From: Prochlorococcus sp. AG-402-O16 | GTDB lineage: Bacteria > Cyanobacteriota > Cyanobacteriia > PCC-6307 > Cyanobiaceae | DNA length: 64,000 nucleotides | Direction: 5' to 3' | Assembly: GCA_003216415.1 (NCBI GenBank) | Contig: QCIY01000010.1 | Span: 666 to 64,665, forward strand | Shown: positions 41,958 to 53,522 of the stretch, in pieces | Layout of the letters: the number at the start of each line of letters is the position of its first letter | Position numbering within the stretch: position 1 is the stretch's first letter | Position numbers and translations under genes: made by a program | Notes under the pieces: generated by a model | The model's database searches: none | Seen by the model: the letters and a program-made list of their open reading frames with translations, nothing else | Told to the model about the DNA's origin: nothing

Positions 41958-43111
41958 TAGTTCTCAACCATCCTTCCTTTTTGAGGAAATAAACCTGTAG
42001 GTTTAAATTGTAAGAATATAACAATTAGTGCAAATATCATTACCCTTGCCATGCTTGTGGTCGCAAAAAAGTTGATTGTGTTCGAAAGAGGTAAAGGCAT
42101 ATCTGGCCATATTGATAAGAACCTTCCAGCTCCAATTAAATCTGTCATAATGCCTATTCCAAATGAAGCAAGTACTGTTCCTAATAAATTTCCTACTCCT
42201 CCCAGCACTACAACCATAAAACAACCAACTATATAGTTTCCTCCAACATTTGGTCCTACAGAACCTAAAAGTGATACTGCTACCCCGGCAACTCCTGCCA
42301 ATCCAGAGCCTATCCCAAAAGTAATAATATCAACTTTTTCAGTTGATATACCAAGGCAATCGCTCATTTGTCGGTTCTGAGTAACTGCTCTTATACGCAT
42401 ACCCCATGCACTTTGATTAAGAAATAATGTTATTGCTATTACAGAGATTAGAGTAATGACAATTATCATTAATCTTGTTTTAGGAAATGCAGTTCCAATA
42501 ATTTCTACTTGACCTCTCATCCATGAGGGTGCTGTTACATCAACATTACGGGCACTTGCTCTACTAAGTTTGCTTACAGAGGATGAGATTACGCTACCTG
42601 TTAGGACCCCAGTTAAAGCAGCAAATATCCAAGAACTAAATTTAAAATATTTGAAATTTATTGATTCTTTTATTTTTGAAGAGAATGTTGTTGGTAAAAA
42701 TAAACCAATTATCAGACTTATAATCAGACCTGTCCCATAAGCTAAAGGTACACTTCTAACAAATTGTTGAAGGATTAAGCTTACGCCCCAAGTTGCGAGA
42801 AGTGTTTCTAGTGGACTTCCATAAAGTTTTCTAATTATAGTTTTTTCCAGGAGAATGCCTACTACTCCACTAACAATAAAAGCAAGGAAAATTGAAACTA
42901 TTATGTATGAATTGTAGAAGGGTTTTAATATAGGTAATTTGAAAATTAATTGTGTAACGTATGTTGTGTAAGCCCCAAGCATCATAAGTTCTCCATGGGC
43001 AAGATTAATTACACCCATAAGACCAAAAACAATTGCCAGACCTAATGCAGCAACAAGTAGTACAGATCCAATTGCAATACCATTAAAAAGACTATCGAGA
43101 AGTAACTCCAA
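41957..43111 (-). CDS. urtB: Urea ABC transporter permease
   Basis: GLMGVINLAHGE, LETLLATWG, VVLGGVG. Confidence 0.95.
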   Translation of the reverse strand: MELLLDSLFNGIAIGSVLLVAALGLAIVFGLMGVINLAHGELMMLGAYTTYVTQLIFKLPILKPFYNSYIIVSIFLAFIVSGVVGILLEKTIIRKLYGSPLETLLATWGVSLILQQFVRSVPLAYGTGLIISLIIGLFLPTTFSSKIKESINFKYFKFSSWIFAALTGVLTGSVISSSVSKLSRASARNVDVTAPSWMRGQVEIIGTAFPKTRLMIIVITLISVIAITLFLNQSAWGMRIRAVTQNRQMSDCLGISTEKVDIITFGIGSGLAGVAGVAVSLLGSVGPNVGGNYIVGCFMVVVLGGVGNLLGTVLASFGIGIMTDLIGAGRFLSIWPDMPLPLSNTINFFATTSMARVMIFALIVIFLQFKPTGLFPQKGRMVEN

Positions 43112-43139
43112 TTTAGAAAAAGAAAATATTTGTTTATAA

Positions 43140-43173
43140 AAAATAAAAGGAGGTGTTAACCTCCTTTTATTTT
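43140..43173. terminator. Stem-loop between urtA and urtB
   Basis: Perfect 15-bp stem AAAATAAAAGGAGGT/ACCTCCTTTTATTTT with GTTA loop. Confidence 0.8.
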
Positions 43174-43194
43174 GAAGTATAGGTTTTAATTAAA

Positions 43195-44472
43195 TTAAAG
43201 CTTATACTTTTCTCCTTTTGAAGGATCTGTCCAATCGCATGCAAATCCTTTTGAACTTGGATGCTTTTGGTTCCATGCTTGAGGAAGAACAACTCCTGTC
43301 TCTTCAAGAATTGTAAATCCACCCTCTGCATTAATCTCTCCAATTCTTACCGTTTGGGATAAGTGGTGATTAGGCATAACTTCAACAGGACCTTGTGGAG
43401 CATCAAAAGTTTGTCCAACTAGGGCTTCTCTTACTGCGTTGTCGTCGAATGTCCCTGCATCTTCAACTGCTTGTTTCCATAAGTAAACCATGTTATAGGC
43501 AGATTCTTGAGGATCAGCTACAACACGATCAGCTCCCCATCTTTTCTTGAAACTTGCAGCAAATTTCTTAGATGCAGGAGTATCAATTGACATCATGTAG
43601 TTCCATGCACCGTAGTGGCCTTCAAGGAACTCAGGACCAATTGTACTAATCTCTTCTTCAGCAATCGAATAGTTCATTACGTAGTAGCCACTTGAAGGAG
43701 TAATACCAGCGTCTTGAATCTGTTTGAAGAATGCAACGTTTTGGTCACCATTAAGTGTATTAATGATTATTCCACCATCAGGCAACGCCTTTTTGATTTT
43801 TGAGATAATTGGAGCAACTTCAGTATTTCCTAATGGGAGGTAATCTTCTCCAACAACCTTACCTCCTAACTGTTTCACCTGAGCTTTTGTAATTGTGTTG
43901 GAAGTTCTTGGGAAAACATAATCAGAACCTACAAGGAAGAAATCTCCACCAGCTGCTGGAGAACGCTTATACATGAAATCTGTAGCTGGTTCTGATTGTT
44001 GGTTTGGTGTAGCTCCCGTATAGAAAATGTTGTTAGAACATTCTTGGGCTTCATATTGAATCGGGTAGTAGAGGAAGGCATCCTTTGATTCGTAGACTGG
44101 TAACATTGCCTTTCTACTTGCAGATGTCCAACCACCAAACACTACAGGAACTCCGTCTTGGTCAATAAGTTTCTTGGATTTTTCAGCAAAAGTAGGCCAG
44201 TCAGATGCGCCATCTTCAACTATGTACTCAATTTTGTAACTTTTGCCGCCAACTGTTACACCACCAGCAGCATTTATCTCTTCAATAGCCATTTTTTCTG
44301 TATCAACAAGGGTTGATTCAGAAATAGCCATTGTTCCAGATAAAGAATGCAAAATACCAACGGTTACTGTGTCATCGAAACTTCCGGAGGTTCCACCTCC
44401 ACCACATGAAGTTGCAGTGACCGCAAGTGAGGCAGTAGCTAATCCTGCCAAAATACGCCTTGAAATTCTCAT
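43195..44472 (-). CDS. urtA: Urea ABC transporter substrate-binding lipoprotein
   Basis: Lipobox ATSC, GILHSLSGTMAISE, FGGWTSASRKA, YPIQYE. Confidence 0.96.
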   Translation of the reverse strand: MRISRRILAGLATASLAVTATSCGGGGTSGSFDDTVTVGILHSLSGTMAISESTLVDTEKMAIEEINAAGGVTVGGKSYKIEYIVEDGASDWPTFAEKSKKLIDQDGVPVVFGGWTSASRKAMLPVYESKDAFLYYPIQYEAQECSNNIFYTGATPNQQSEPATDFMYKRSPAAGGDFFLVGSDYVFPRTSNTITKAQVKQLGGKVVGEDYLPLGNTEVAPIISKIKKALPDGGIIINTLNGDQNVAFFKQIQDAGITPSSGYYVMNYSIAEEEISTIGPEFLEGHYGAWNYMMSIDTPASKKFAASFKKRWGADRVVADPQESAYNMVYLWKQAVEDAGTFDDNAVREALVGQTFDAPQGPVEVMPNHHLSQTVRIGEINAEGGFTILEETGVVLPQAWNQKHPSSKGFACDWTDPSKGEKYKL

Positions 44473-44520
44473 GAATTAGGATAAATTAGGTAATTGACCC
44501 TCATTAGGGGGATAAAATAA

Positions 44521-44562
44521 AAGTTATTAACGAGTGAGGATTCGTTTTGTATCAGTCGTAAC
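44521..44562 (-). promoter_or_regulatory. NtcA-activated promoter of urtA
   Basis: Minus strand GTT-ACGACTGA-TAC (44562-44549), 22 nt, then TAACTT (TA-N3-T). Confidence 0.8.
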
Positions 44563-44600
44563 TTTTTGTTGAATCCAATATATTAGTAATGATCATTTTT

Positions 44601-45212
44601 CTAGTTTCGATTGTTGGGTATATGTGATTCTAAAAATAGAGTTATTTCTTCAACTCCTTTGCCTTTACTTAGGTTGGTAAAAAACCAAGGTTTCCCTTTT
44701 CTCATAAATTCAGTATCGCTTTTCATAATATTTAAATCTGCACCAACCATATCTGCTAAGTCAATTTTGTTTATTAATAATAAATCTGATCTTGTTATTC
44801 CTGGTCCTCCTTTCCTAGGAATTTTGTCTCCTGCAGATACATCAATCACATATATTGATAAATCTACAAGTTCTGGACTGAAACTAGATGCTAAATTATC
44901 ACCTCCACTTTCTACAAAAACAAAATCTAAAGGATTATATTTATTTTCTAAATCTAAAACTGCATTTTTATTTAACGAACAATCCTCTCTTATCGCTGTA
45001 TGAGGACAACCTCCTGTTTCTACACCAATAATCCTTCCTTCCTCTAAAACTTTTTTATTTATAAGAAAATTAGCATCTTCTTTGGTGTAGATATCATTTG
45101 TGACAACTGCTATCTCATAATTTTTTTTCAAGCTTAAGCATAGAGTCTCTACTAATGCAGTTTTTCCTGAACCTACAGGCCCAGCAACTCCTACTCTCAA
45201 TTTACTGCTCAT
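44601..45212 (-). CDS. ureG: Urease accessory GTPase
   Basis: [28 protein letters not shown]. Confidence 0.97.
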   Translation of the reverse strand: MSSKLRVGVAGPVGSGKTALVETLCLSLKKNYEIAVVTNDIYTKEDANFLINKKVLEEGRIIGVETGGCPHTAIREDCSLNKNAVLDLENKYNPLDFVFVESGGDNLASSFSPELVDLSIYVIDVSAGDKIPRKGGPGITRSDLLLINKIDLADMVGADLNIMKSDTEFMRKGKPWFFTNLSKGKGVEEITLFLESHIPNNRN

Positions 45213-45215
45213 AAA

Positions 45216-45902
45216 TTAATTTCTAAAAAGTTTTGTATAAAGGTCATTATGATTTTGTTGTGCCATAGCTAAACCTACATTGCCAAAATAAATGTCATCA
45301 ATTTCTTTGTCCATAATTTCTTTAGAAACTTTTGAAATTATTGCTAATAAATCTCTCTGAATTAATTGTGCTTTTGTTGAACCAATAGGAATAATTCTTA
45401 ATGCTGCACTTAGTTGGTTTGCACTCCACGAATAGAAAAAATTCTCAATCATTTCTAATTTCGTAATTTCAAAACAATAACAAGCCCAACTCCACGCCAA
45501 TGGCCAGGAGCTTTTTTTATTATTCTCATATAGATATTCAAATCCAAATTCTTTGGTTAAATCAAAGAGAGATTTTGACATTTGAGTTTGCTGTTCTCTC
45601 ATTTCGACAGAGTCCTTTGATGATAGGATCCACTTATCCAAACTCAATAGCTTTTGCAAATTACTTTTTAAATTTTTGCCGTTGTTAATCTCATTGAAAA
45701 TATCAAAAAAATCTAGTAAAAGTTTTGCATCTAGTCTGATCTGGCCAATTTTTAGTTCACTTATGATTAATTCTTTAACCGAATTTGAGTTTTTTAAATT
45801 TTTATTATGAAGATAACTCTCCATTCCCTCCGAATAACAAAATCCTCCAACTGGTAAGTTAGGACTTATTAATAAATATTTCAATAAGTGACTTTTACTC
45901 AT
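45216..45902 (-). CDS. ureF: Urease accessory protein
   Basis: SPNLPVGGFCYSEGME, LYTKLFRN; between ureE and ureG. Confidence 0.93.
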   Translation of the reverse strand: MSKSHLLKYLLISPNLPVGGFCYSEGMESYLHNKNLKNSNSVKELIISELKIGQIRLDAKLLLDFFDIFNEINNGKNLKSNLQKLLSLDKWILSSKDSVEMREQQTQMSKSLFDLTKEFGFEYLYENNKKSSWPLAWSWACYCFEITKLEMIENFFYSWSANQLSAALRIIPIGSTKAQLIQRDLLAIISKVSKEIMDKEIDDIYFGNVGLAMAQQNHNDLYTKLFRN

Positions 45903-46350
45903 GACTATGAGCTCCTCTTTCAGGAAAAAATTTTTTCTTGGTATTCACGATATCAACATTAAAATTTTTAAGCATATTTTCAATAACATAATCACTTTTT
46001 GTTAGAAGAATATCTTCTTCAATTTCTAATTCTACGTGTCTATTTCCTAGATGATAAGCAGTTTTAACAAGCTCAATTTTTGAATTTGAACTTATTTCAA
46101 TTAAATCTTCTGTTTTGGCAATTATCTCTATATAAAAATTGGACTCATTAGTTGAAAGAATATCTCCATCATTTAACTTTTGCTTTCTAGGTAATTGTAG
46201 AATTATTTCTTGATCACAATCAGTTAATCTTTTTCCTCGTAAGATTCTTCTTTCATCTGAACTTAAGGTAAGTTTTAAAAATGAACCTAATTTAGGTTTT
46301 TCCTTAATCCAATCAGTTACAACAATTTGTTTATTCATTCTCATAATCAA
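45895..46350 (-). CDS. ureE: Urease accessory protein
   Basis: LNDGDIL, AYHLGNRH, C-terminal HSH; exact start uncertain. Confidence 0.92.
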   Translation of the reverse strand: MIMRMNKQIVVTDWIKEKPKLGSFLKLTLSSDERRILRGKRLTDCDQEIILQLPRKQKLNDGDILSTNESNFYIEIIAKTEDLIEISSNSKIELVKTAYHLGNRHVELEIEEDILLTKSDYVIENMLKNFNVDIVNTKKKFFPERGAHSHE

Positions 46351-46392
46351 AATTTTTGGTTACTTTAATTTAGTAATTAAAGAAAACAATTT

Positions 46393-47295
46393 ATGATTAA
46401 AACTTCATGGGAAGGTAATTGTTTCTTAAATTTTTTCAATAATAATGCAAGTTTAGGAAATGTTGATAAAACAATCTTTAAATCTAAATCAACTTCTCCT
46501 TATAAGTTATTAAAATCTACTCATGATCAAGAGGGCAGATGCATTTTACCTGTTCTACATACTGCAGGGGGATTGGTAGGAGGAGATTTACTTGAGTTTG
46601 ATGTAAATCTTGAAAAAAACTCTAAGGTTTTGTTGACTACTTCTTCAGCTCAGAAAGTATATGGATCAGTTGGAAGATCTAAAATTAATCCAAAAGGAAG
46701 TTTTTCAAAGCAAAAGAATCTCATAAATATTCTTGACAATTCTCATTTGGAATATCTCCCCCAAGAAACAATTATCTTTGCAAATGGTTTATATGATCAA
46801 AAGTTTAAAGTATCTATTTCAGAAACTTCAAGTTTTTTATTTACTGATTTAATAAGACTTGGAAGATCTTCTTCTGGAGAGTCTATTGAAAGAGGAGTTT
46901 TTAGGTCAAAATTAGAAATCATTAGAAATAATGATTTATATGATGATTGGGAATATGTTGATCAAATTGAATTATCTAAAGCAAGTTATGTGGCCAAGTC
47001 AGGAATGGATCACATGCCCGTTTTTGGATCCTTAATTTGGATTTGCGAAAAAGACTTTTCCAAATCAAAAATTAATACTTTAGTAGGAAATATAAAAAAG
47101 ATTTTTAATGAAAGTGATAATCATTTATCTATTGGAATTCTTGAAAATGGAATCTCTGTAAGATTCTTAGGTAGTTCTTCTCAAGATGCAAGAAAATGTT
47201 TTTTTTGTATTTGGAAACAAATTAGGTCTGTTTGTGGATTTTGTGAGCCAAAATATCAAGGTGTATGGCCTTTACAAGATTCTATGAATTATTAA
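46393..47295 (+). CDS. ureD: Urease accessory protein
   Basis: [27 protein letters not shown]. Confidence 0.93.
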   Translation: MIKTSWEGNCFLNFFNNNASLGNVDKTIFKSKSTSPYKLLKSTHDQEGRCILPVLHTAGGLVGGDLLEFDVNLEKNSKVLLTTSSAQKVYGSVGRSKINPKGSFSKQKNLINILDNSHLEYLPQETIIFANGLYDQKFKVSISETSSFLFTDLIRLGRSSSGESIERGVFRSKLEIIRNNDLYDDWEYVDQIELSKASYVAKSGMDHMPVFGSLIWICEKDFSKSKINTLVGNIKKIFNESDNHLSIGILENGISVRFLGSSSQDARKCFFCIWKQIRSVCGFCEPKYQGVWPLQDSMNY

Positions 47296-47345
47296 TTATG
47301 TTCAGAGAGAACCTTTTTTAAGAATTTATAGATTAATTTTTTATT

Positions 47346-47648
47346 ATGCATCTTTCACCTCAAGAAAAGGATAAATTATTGATTTTTTCTGCTGCGCTCC
47401 TAGCTGAAAGAAGACTTAATCGAGGTCTGAAGCTGAATTATCCTGAAACAATTGCTTTTTTAAGCTTTCAAGTTCTTGAAGGAGCTAGAGATGGTAAAAG
47501 TGTGAGTCAATTAATGTCAGAGGGGACCGCCTGGCTTTCAAAATCACAAGTTATGGATGGCATACCTGAAATGGTTGATGAAGTTCAAATAGAAGCGGTT
47601 TTTCCTGATGGGACCAAACTAGTTACTATTCACAATCCGATTAATTAA
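47346..47648 (+). CDS. ureA: Urease gamma subunit
   Basis: [30 protein letters not shown]. Confidence 0.97.
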   Translation: MHLSPQEKDKLLIFSAALLAERRLNRGLKLNYPETIAFLSFQVLEGARDGKSVSQLMSEGTAWLSKSQVMDGIPEMVDEVQIEAVFPDGTKLVTIHNPIN

Positions 47649-47650
47649 TT

Positions 47651-47971
47651 ATGAGTAATTTAATTCCTGGCCAAATAATTTCTGAACAAGGTGAAATCGA
47701 ATTAAATCTTGGTAAGAAAGTTAAAACAGTAACAGTATCTAATTCTGGAGATAGACCTGTGCAAGTTGGATCTCATTATCATTTTTTTGAAGCAAATAAG
47801 GCCTTAATTTTTGATCGAGAATTAACACTTGGTATGCGCCTTGACATACCTGCAGGAACAGCAATTAGATTTGAACCAGGAGATACAACAGATGTCAAAT
47901 TAGTTCCATATAAAGGTTTAAGAAATGTATATGGTTTCAATTCATTAGTTAACGGTTCTTTAAATACTTAA
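47651..47971 (+). CDS. ureB: Urease beta subunit
   Basis: [29 protein letters not shown]. Confidence 0.97.
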   Translation: MSNLIPGQIISEQGEIELNLGKKVKTVTVSNSGDRPVQVGSHYHFFEANKALIFDRELTLGMRLDIPAGTAIRFEPGDTTDVKLVPYKGLRNVYGFNSLVNGSLNT

Positions 47972-47975
47972 AATT

Positions 47976-49685
47976 ATGTCCTATAAAATTGACAGAAATA
48001 CTTATGCTCAAACTTACGGCCCCACTACCGGAGATAGAGTAAGGCTTGCTGATACCGAACTATTTATTGAAGTAGAAAAGGATTTAACTACTTACGGAGA
48101 TGAAGTTAAATTCGGAGGAGGAAAAGTTATTCGAGATGGGATGGGACAGTCTCAAGTAACAAGAGGAGATGGAGCTGTAGATACCGTAATAACTAATGCT
48201 TTGATTATGGATTGGTGGGGAATAATTAAGGCCGATGTGGGTATTAAAGATGGAATGATTTTGGAAATAGGTAAGGCTGGTAATCCTGATATCCAGGATA
48301 AAGTCGATATAGTTATTGGTGCCTCAACAGAAGTAATAGCTGGAGAAGGTCATATTCTTACTGCAGGGGGAATAGATACCCACATTCACTTTATCTGTCC
48401 CCAACAAATTGAGACTGCTCTAGCCTCAGGAATCACAACTATGTTGGGAGGAGGTACAGGACCCGCAACAGGAACAAATGCTACTACCTGTACTCCTGGT
48501 TCTTTTCATATTTCTCGAATGCTTCAATCTGCAGAAGCATTCCCCATGAATTTAGGTTTTTTTGGTAAAGGAAATTCAACGAACGAAAGAAATCTTATTG
48601 ATCAAGTTGAAGCTGGTGCATGTGGATTAAAGCTTCATGAGGATTGGGGAACTACTCCTTCAACCATAAATTCATGTCTTAATGTTGCAGATAAATTTGA
48701 TGTTCAAGTATGTATTCACACGGATACTTTAAATGAGGCAGGCTTCGTTGAAGATACTATTAAGGCTATCTCAGGAAGAACAATTCATACTTTTCATACT
48801 GAAGGAGCGGGTGGAGGCCATGCGCCAGATATAATCAAAATTTGTGGCGAAAAGAATGTTCTTCCAAGTAGTACTAATCCAACAAGACCCTATACGAGAA
48901 ATACATTAGAGGAACATCTTGACATGCTAATGGTTTGTCATCATCTAGATTCCAAAATTCCAGAAGATATTGCATTCGCCGAGTCAAGAATCAGAAGAGA
49001 GACTATCGCTGCAGAAGATATCCTGCATGATGTAGGCGCCTTTTCAATTATCGCTAGTGATTCTCAAGCTATGGGAAGAGTTGGTGAAGTTATAACAAGA
49101 ACCTTTCAAACTGCTCATAAAATGAAAGTGCAAAGGGGACCTTTATATCCGGACTCAGATAGGAATGATAATTACAGAGTAAAGAGATATATTTCTAAAG
49201 TTACAATTAACCCTGCTATAGCACATGGTATTAGTAAATATGTCGGGTCTATAGAAAAAGGAAAAATTGCAGACTTAGTATTGTGGAAACCTTCCTTTTT
49301 TGCTGTAAAGCCTGAATTAGTTGTTAAAGGAGGATCTATAGTTTGGTCCCAAATGGGTGATGCAAATGCCTCAATTCCTACACCAGGACCTGTTCACGGT
49401 AGACCTATGTTTGCAAATTTCGGCCAATCCCTAATTAAGAGTTCTTTCACCTTTTTAAGTAAAAATTCAATTGATCAAAATATTCCAAACAAATTAGGAT
49501 TACAAAAGAATTGTATTGCAGTAGAAAATACAAGAAATATCAATAAATCGCACTTGAAACTTAATAGTAAACTTCCAAATATTTCTGTCGATCCTCAAAC
49601 TTACGAAGTTTTTTCCGATGGAGAACTTCTTACTTGTGAACCACTTGATGAAGTCCCAATGGCTCAAAGATACTTTTTGCTTTAG
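47976..49685 (+). CDS. ureC: Urease alpha subunit
   Basis: [34 protein letters not shown]. Confidence 0.98.
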   Translation: MSYKIDRNTYAQTYGPTTGDRVRLADTELFIEVEKDLTTYGDEVKFGGGKVIRDGMGQSQVTRGDGAVDTVITNALIMDWWGIIKADVGIKDGMILEIGKAGNPDIQDKVDIVIGASTEVIAGEGHILTAGGIDTHIHFICPQQIETALASGITTMLGGGTGPATGTNATTCTPGSFHISRMLQSAEAFPMNLGFFGKGNSTNERNLIDQVEAGACGLKLHEDWGTTPSTINSCLNVADKFDVQVCIHTDTLNEAGFVEDTIKAISGRTIHTFHTEGAGGGHAPDIIKICGEKNVLPSSTNPTRPYTRNTLEEHLDMLMVCHHLDSKIPEDIAFAESRIRRETIAAEDILHDVGAFSIIASDSQAMGRVGEVITRTFQTAHKMKVQRGPLYPDSDRNDNYRVKRYISKVTINPAIAHGISKYVGSIEKGKIADLVLWKPSFFAVKPELVVKGGSIVWSQMGDANASIPTPGPVHGRPMFANFGQSLIKSSFTFLSKNSIDQNIPNKLGLQKNCIAVENTRNINKSHLKLNSKLPNISVDPQTYEVFSDGELLTCEPLDEVPMAQRYFLL

Positions 49686-50908
49686 AAATTTTTAATTAAT
49701 TCTTTTTCACTTATCTTTATGTCTTTTGAACCTGCAATAGCTAAATCTTCTTGTAGTTTGTTCTCACAAGATAGAACCCTTGACCAACTTGGTAATTGCT
49801 GTGTTGTAGGAAAAGCTAGGTAATTCTCTGTAGCTGGTCTTAATAATTTCGCAAATTTTTGAACTGAAAGCTCTTCTTCGTGCCTATCGTATGGAATTTG
49901 ATTTACTGCTGAATCCAATCCAAATTGTTTTACACGATCTTCTCCAACTCTTTTGTAAAGCACTTCTAAAGTTGCTAGTTGAGTTCCAGTTAAGGTCTCG
50001 GCTTGATGCTCCATAAGACCTCTTAAAACACTTGAAAGTATTTCTGTACACATTTTTTGCAATCCTGTTTTAGAGGAATCGCCAATATTTTTATGTTTAT
50101 GATCAAACAAACCTAAGTCTACTTGGGCTATTTTGGAGGTTCTTACGTTTCTATAAACTTCTGATAGTAAACCTATTTCTAGACCCCAATCACAGGGAAT
50201 TCTTAAATTCATAGCTAAGTCTTTAGTAAAAGCAAACTCACCAGCTAATGGATATCTAAATGATTGTAGATATTGCAAAAAAGGACCCTTCCCAACTAAT
50301 TGCTCAAGACTTGCTAGCAGAGGACCAACAAATAATCTTGTTGCTCTACCTTGTAGTTGGTTTGTTTCTAATGATAATCTACTGTAAAAGGCTTTTACGT
50401 AGGATATTCCATATGATTCATCAAGAAGCGGGAGTATCATTCTTGAAGGATACAAAGGACTGAAAGTTCTTATGTCAGCATCAAAAAGTGCAACAACTTC
50501 TGATTTTCTAGTTGAAACGCCAATACCTTGCCATACGGCCCATCCTTTACCTGGAGTTCCCAAAAGTTCCAAACCATTTTTTTCTTGGCTTTTCAACAGT
50601 TCTATTACGAAGGGAGAATTTGTCCATTGGATATGAACTGGGAAAGGCATTGAATCAAAAAATGATTTTGCAGCTTTAACTTGCTCTACAGTTTTTGCTG
50701 AGAGAGCGATAACCAATTCATTTAATCCTGTAAGTTTTTTCAAAACTTCTCTTATATCTTTTAAAGCTGGACGTTCAAATTCTTCATATAAGCAAGGTAT
50801 TAAAATGCTAGTTGATCTTTTTTTCAGACTTTTATTTAATTCTTTAAGTAAATCGCTAGTTACTCCGTATTCATGTATTGTTGTGATTAACCCTTGTTGA
50901 AAGTCCAT
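49682..50908 (-). CDS. gpgS: Glucosyl-3-phosphoglycerate synthase
   Basis: GT-A fold, [31 protein letters not shown]; clustered with GpgP-like phosphatase. Confidence 0.8.
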   Translation of the reverse strand: MDFQQGLITTIHEYGVTSDLLKELNKSLKKRSTSILIPCLYEEFERPALKDIREVLKKLTGLNELVIALSAKTVEQVKAAKSFFDSMPFPVHIQWTNSPFVIELLKSQEKNGLELLGTPGKGWAVWQGIGVSTRKSEVVALFDADIRTFSPLYPSRMILPLLDESYGISYVKAFYSRLSLETNQLQGRATRLFVGPLLASLEQLVGKGPFLQYLQSFRYPLAGEFAFTKDLAMNLRIPCDWGLEIGLLSEVYRNVRTSKIAQVDLGLFDHKHKNIGDSSKTGLQKMCTEILSSVLRGLMEHQAETLTGTQLATLEVLYKRVGEDRVKQFGLDSAVNQIPYDRHEEELSVQKFAKLLRPATENYLAFPTTQQLPSWSRVLSCENKLQEDLAIAGSKDIKISEKELIKNF

Positions 50909-50958
50909 TTTCTAATTGATGTGCAGAATAGTGTTAATACTTCAATGATTTTTTCAAA

Positions 50959-52719
50959 GTGAAGCAATTTGATTCAGAGAAAAAATTAGATAGATTAAAA
51001 CTCTATAAATTGTTGGAAACAATTTACTCAAATAATACTACAGAAGAAATAAAGTTTATTTCAAATCAATTATTACAGATTTTAGACGATTTCTCAGAGA
51101 AATCTGCTTATGAAGAAATAAGCGATAAAGAAAGGTGGGATGAATCTTATTCGGTTTTAATAACTTATGCAGATAGTATTTGTAAAAATGGAGAGGCAAC
51201 ATTAATTACTCTTCGCAAATTGTTAAGTAAACATTTTGGCAGTCTTTCAAAAGTTGTACATATTCTTCCTTTCCTGAAATCTACAAGCGATGGAGGTTTT
51301 GCCGTTTCAAGTTATGATTCCCTTGAAGAAAAATTTGGTGGTTGGGATGATCTTAAAAGTATTTCCAAAAATCATTTTTTGATGGCTGATTTGGTACTAA
51401 ACCATGTTTCATCATCTCACCAATGGGTTCAACAATTTATTAAATCCCAAGAACCAGGAATATCAAATGTTTTTTCACCAGAACAAAATCTTGACTGGTC
51501 AAATGTTGTTAGACCAAGAAGTTCCTCATTGTTTTCTCAAATAAATACTGAAGATGGTCCTAAACAAGTTTGGACAACTTTTGGTCCAGATCAAATTGAT
51601 TTGAACTGGCATAATCCAAAAATGACACTTGAGTTCTTAAATTTAATTATTACTTATTTATCAAATGGGATTAAATGGTTAAGGCTTGATGCTGTAGGGT
51701 TCATTTGGAAAGAATCAGGAACCACATGCTTGCATTTGTCAAAAGCTCATTCGATTGTAAAAGTTTTAAGAGTTCTTTTAAATAATCTTCTTGATGATGG
51801 AGTTTTGATAACAGAAACTAATGTTCCGCAAAAGGAAAATCTATCTTATCTAATTTCAAATGATGAAGCTCATATGGCATATAATTTCCCATTACCACCT
51901 CTTCTCCTTGAGGCAATTATTACTTCAAAAGCTGATATTTTAAACTCATGGATATTTGATTGGCCAATATTAACTGATGATACAACTCTTTTTAATTTCA
52001 CTGCATCACATGATGGTGTTGGATTAAGAGCTCTTGAGGGTCTAATGAATGAGCAGAGAATTAAAGATTTATTAATTAATTGTGAAAAAAGGGGGGGGCT
52101 GGTAAGTCATAGACGTTTATCAAATGGTGATGATAAACCTTATGAATTGAATATTAGTTGGTGGAGCGCGATGGAAGACTCCAGCAGAGATTTTAATCGA
52201 TACCAATTTGAGAGATTTATCTTGACGCAATTATTAGTAATGGCTTTAAAAGGCGTCCCTGCATTTTATTTGCCAGCATTACTTGCTTCAGAAAATGATA
52301 TCAAAAGTTTTTCTATGACAGGTCAAAGAAGAGATCTCAATAGACATAAATTTAAATTAGATAATCTTTTATCTGTATTAAATAATCCTGAATCTAATGC
52401 GAATAAAAACTTAAAATATCTTCGTAATGCTATGGATGTCAGGTCACAATTAAAGCAATTCCATCCTTCTTCTGAAATGAGATGTTTATCTAAAGGTAGA
52501 AGCGATATTGTTGTAATTAAAAGAAGTAAAGGTCCAGAATCCGTTTTTGCAATTCATAATATGACTGAAAATAAAATTAATTATCAATTGAATGATAATG
52601 ATTTGCCAGAAATAATCGATAATGATTTTAATATGCGAGATTTTTTAACATCCACTAAATACCACTGGAAAAATATTAGCCTTGATCCTTTTGAAGTTAT
52701 TTGGCTTGGTGCTTTATAA
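50959..52719 (+). CDS. GH13 sucrose-phosphorylase-family enzyme, probable glucosylglycerate phosphorylase
   Basis: LITYAD, SSDGGFAV-like, DLVLNHVS, WTTFGPDQIDL, RLDAVGF, ITETNVP, SHDG. Confidence 0.8.
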   Translation: MKQFDSEKKLDRLKLYKLLETIYSNNTTEEIKFISNQLLQILDDFSEKSAYEEISDKERWDESYSVLITYADSICKNGEATLITLRKLLSKHFGSLSKVVHILPFLKSTSDGGFAVSSYDSLEEKFGGWDDLKSISKNHFLMADLVLNHVSSSHQWVQQFIKSQEPGISNVFSPEQNLDWSNVVRPRSSSLFSQINTEDGPKQVWTTFGPDQIDLNWHNPKMTLEFLNLIITYLSNGIKWLRLDAVGFIWKESGTTCLHLSKAHSIVKVLRVLLNNLLDDGVLITETNVPQKENLSYLISNDEAHMAYNFPLPPLLLEAIITSKADILNSWIFDWPILTDDTTLFNFTASHDGVGLRALEGLMNEQRIKDLLINCEKRGGLVSHRRLSNGDDKPYELNISWWSAMEDSSRDFNRYQFERFILTQLLVMALKGVPAFYLPALLASENDIKSFSMTGQRRDLNRHKFKLDNLLSVLNNPESNANKNLKYLRNAMDVRSQLKQFHPSSEMRCLSKGRSDIVVIKRSKGPESVFAIHNMTENKINYQLNDNDLPEIIDNDFNMRDFLTSTKYHWKNISLDPFEVIWLGAL

Positions 52720-52720
52720 A

Positions 52721-53518
52721 ATGATTGAAAATTCTTCTCTTTGGGTTGTGAGTGATGTAGATGGAACTTTAATGGATCACTCGTATGATTTAACACCTGC
52801 TAAAGAAACTATAAAAACACTTCAAAACCTATCTATACCAGTAATTCTATGTACAAGTAAGACAGCATCTGAAGTAAATGTTATTAGGCAGGAACTAAAT
52901 TTAACTGATCCCTATATTGTTGAAAATGGTGCAGCAATTTATGGTGAATCTCTTAAAAAGGTTAATGGAGAAATTATTCTTGGCATAAAATATGAATTTC
53001 TGGAAGAAATCTTAAATTTAATTTCAAAAGAAATTGATTATAAACTTATTCCTTTAAATAATCTTACTGATCAAGAAGCAACTCAGCTTACAGGCTTAAA
53101 AGGTAACTCATTGAATTTAATGCGAGATAGACATTGGAGTATGCCTTTTTTGAATCCGCCATGTTTTTTAGAAGAGAAAATTAATATTTGTTGTAAAAAG
53201 TTCAAAGTAGATTTTTTTAAGGGAAATAGAATGAGTCATTTATTATCTACAAACTCTAATAAAGGAAAAGCAATAAATGCTCTAAAAAAATATTCAAATA
53301 TTCAAAAAATTCAAATTATAGGATTGGGTGATTCTCCAAATGATTTGCCTCTACTTTTAAACTCAAATTTTAGAATTATTATTCCAGGAACAGATGGACC
53401 TAATTTACATTTAATAGATCAATTAAAAGATTTGGAATTTACTTTAGCTTCTGAACCAAATGGATATGGTTGGAAAATTGAAATTAATAAATTATTAAAT
53501 AAGCTAGAACTAATTTAG
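52721..53518 (+). CDS. gpgP: Glucosyl-3-phosphoglycerate phosphatase (MPGP-like HAD)
   Basis: SDVDGTL, CTSKT, ENGAAI, GLGDSPND; start moved to ATG 52721. Confidence 0.78.
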   Translation: MIENSSLWVVSDVDGTLMDHSYDLTPAKETIKTLQNLSIPVILCTSKTASEVNVIRQELNLTDPYIVENGAAIYGESLKKVNGEIILGIKYEFLEEILNLISKEIDYKLIPLNNLTDQEATQLTGLKGNSLNLMRDRHWSMPFLNPPCFLEEKINICCKKFKVDFFKGNRMSHLLSTNSNKGKAINALKKYSNIQKIQIIGLGDSPNDLPLLLNSNFRIIIPGTDGPNLHLIDQLKDLEFTLASEPNGYGWKIEINKLLNKLELI

Positions 53519-53522
53519 AAAT

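Noticed and set aside
46351-46392. NtcA site in the ureE/ureD divergent gap
   Set aside because: Only TTAC-N9-GTAA and GTA-N9-AAC found; wrong orientation or spacing
26991-49685. Convergent gene-end overlaps (26991-27017, 31837-31851, 33050-33057, 49682-49685) as antisense control
   Set aside because: Common consequence of genome streamlining; no specific evidence
50909-50958. NtcA site between gpgS and the GH13 gene
   Set aside because: No GTA-N8-TAC or single-mismatch variant found
52085-52098. A6G8 homopolymer in the GH13 gene as a phase-variation site
   Set aside because: Frame is intact and it encodes K-R-G-G; a similar C8 run in accD (14225-14232) encodes a conserved Gly-Gly
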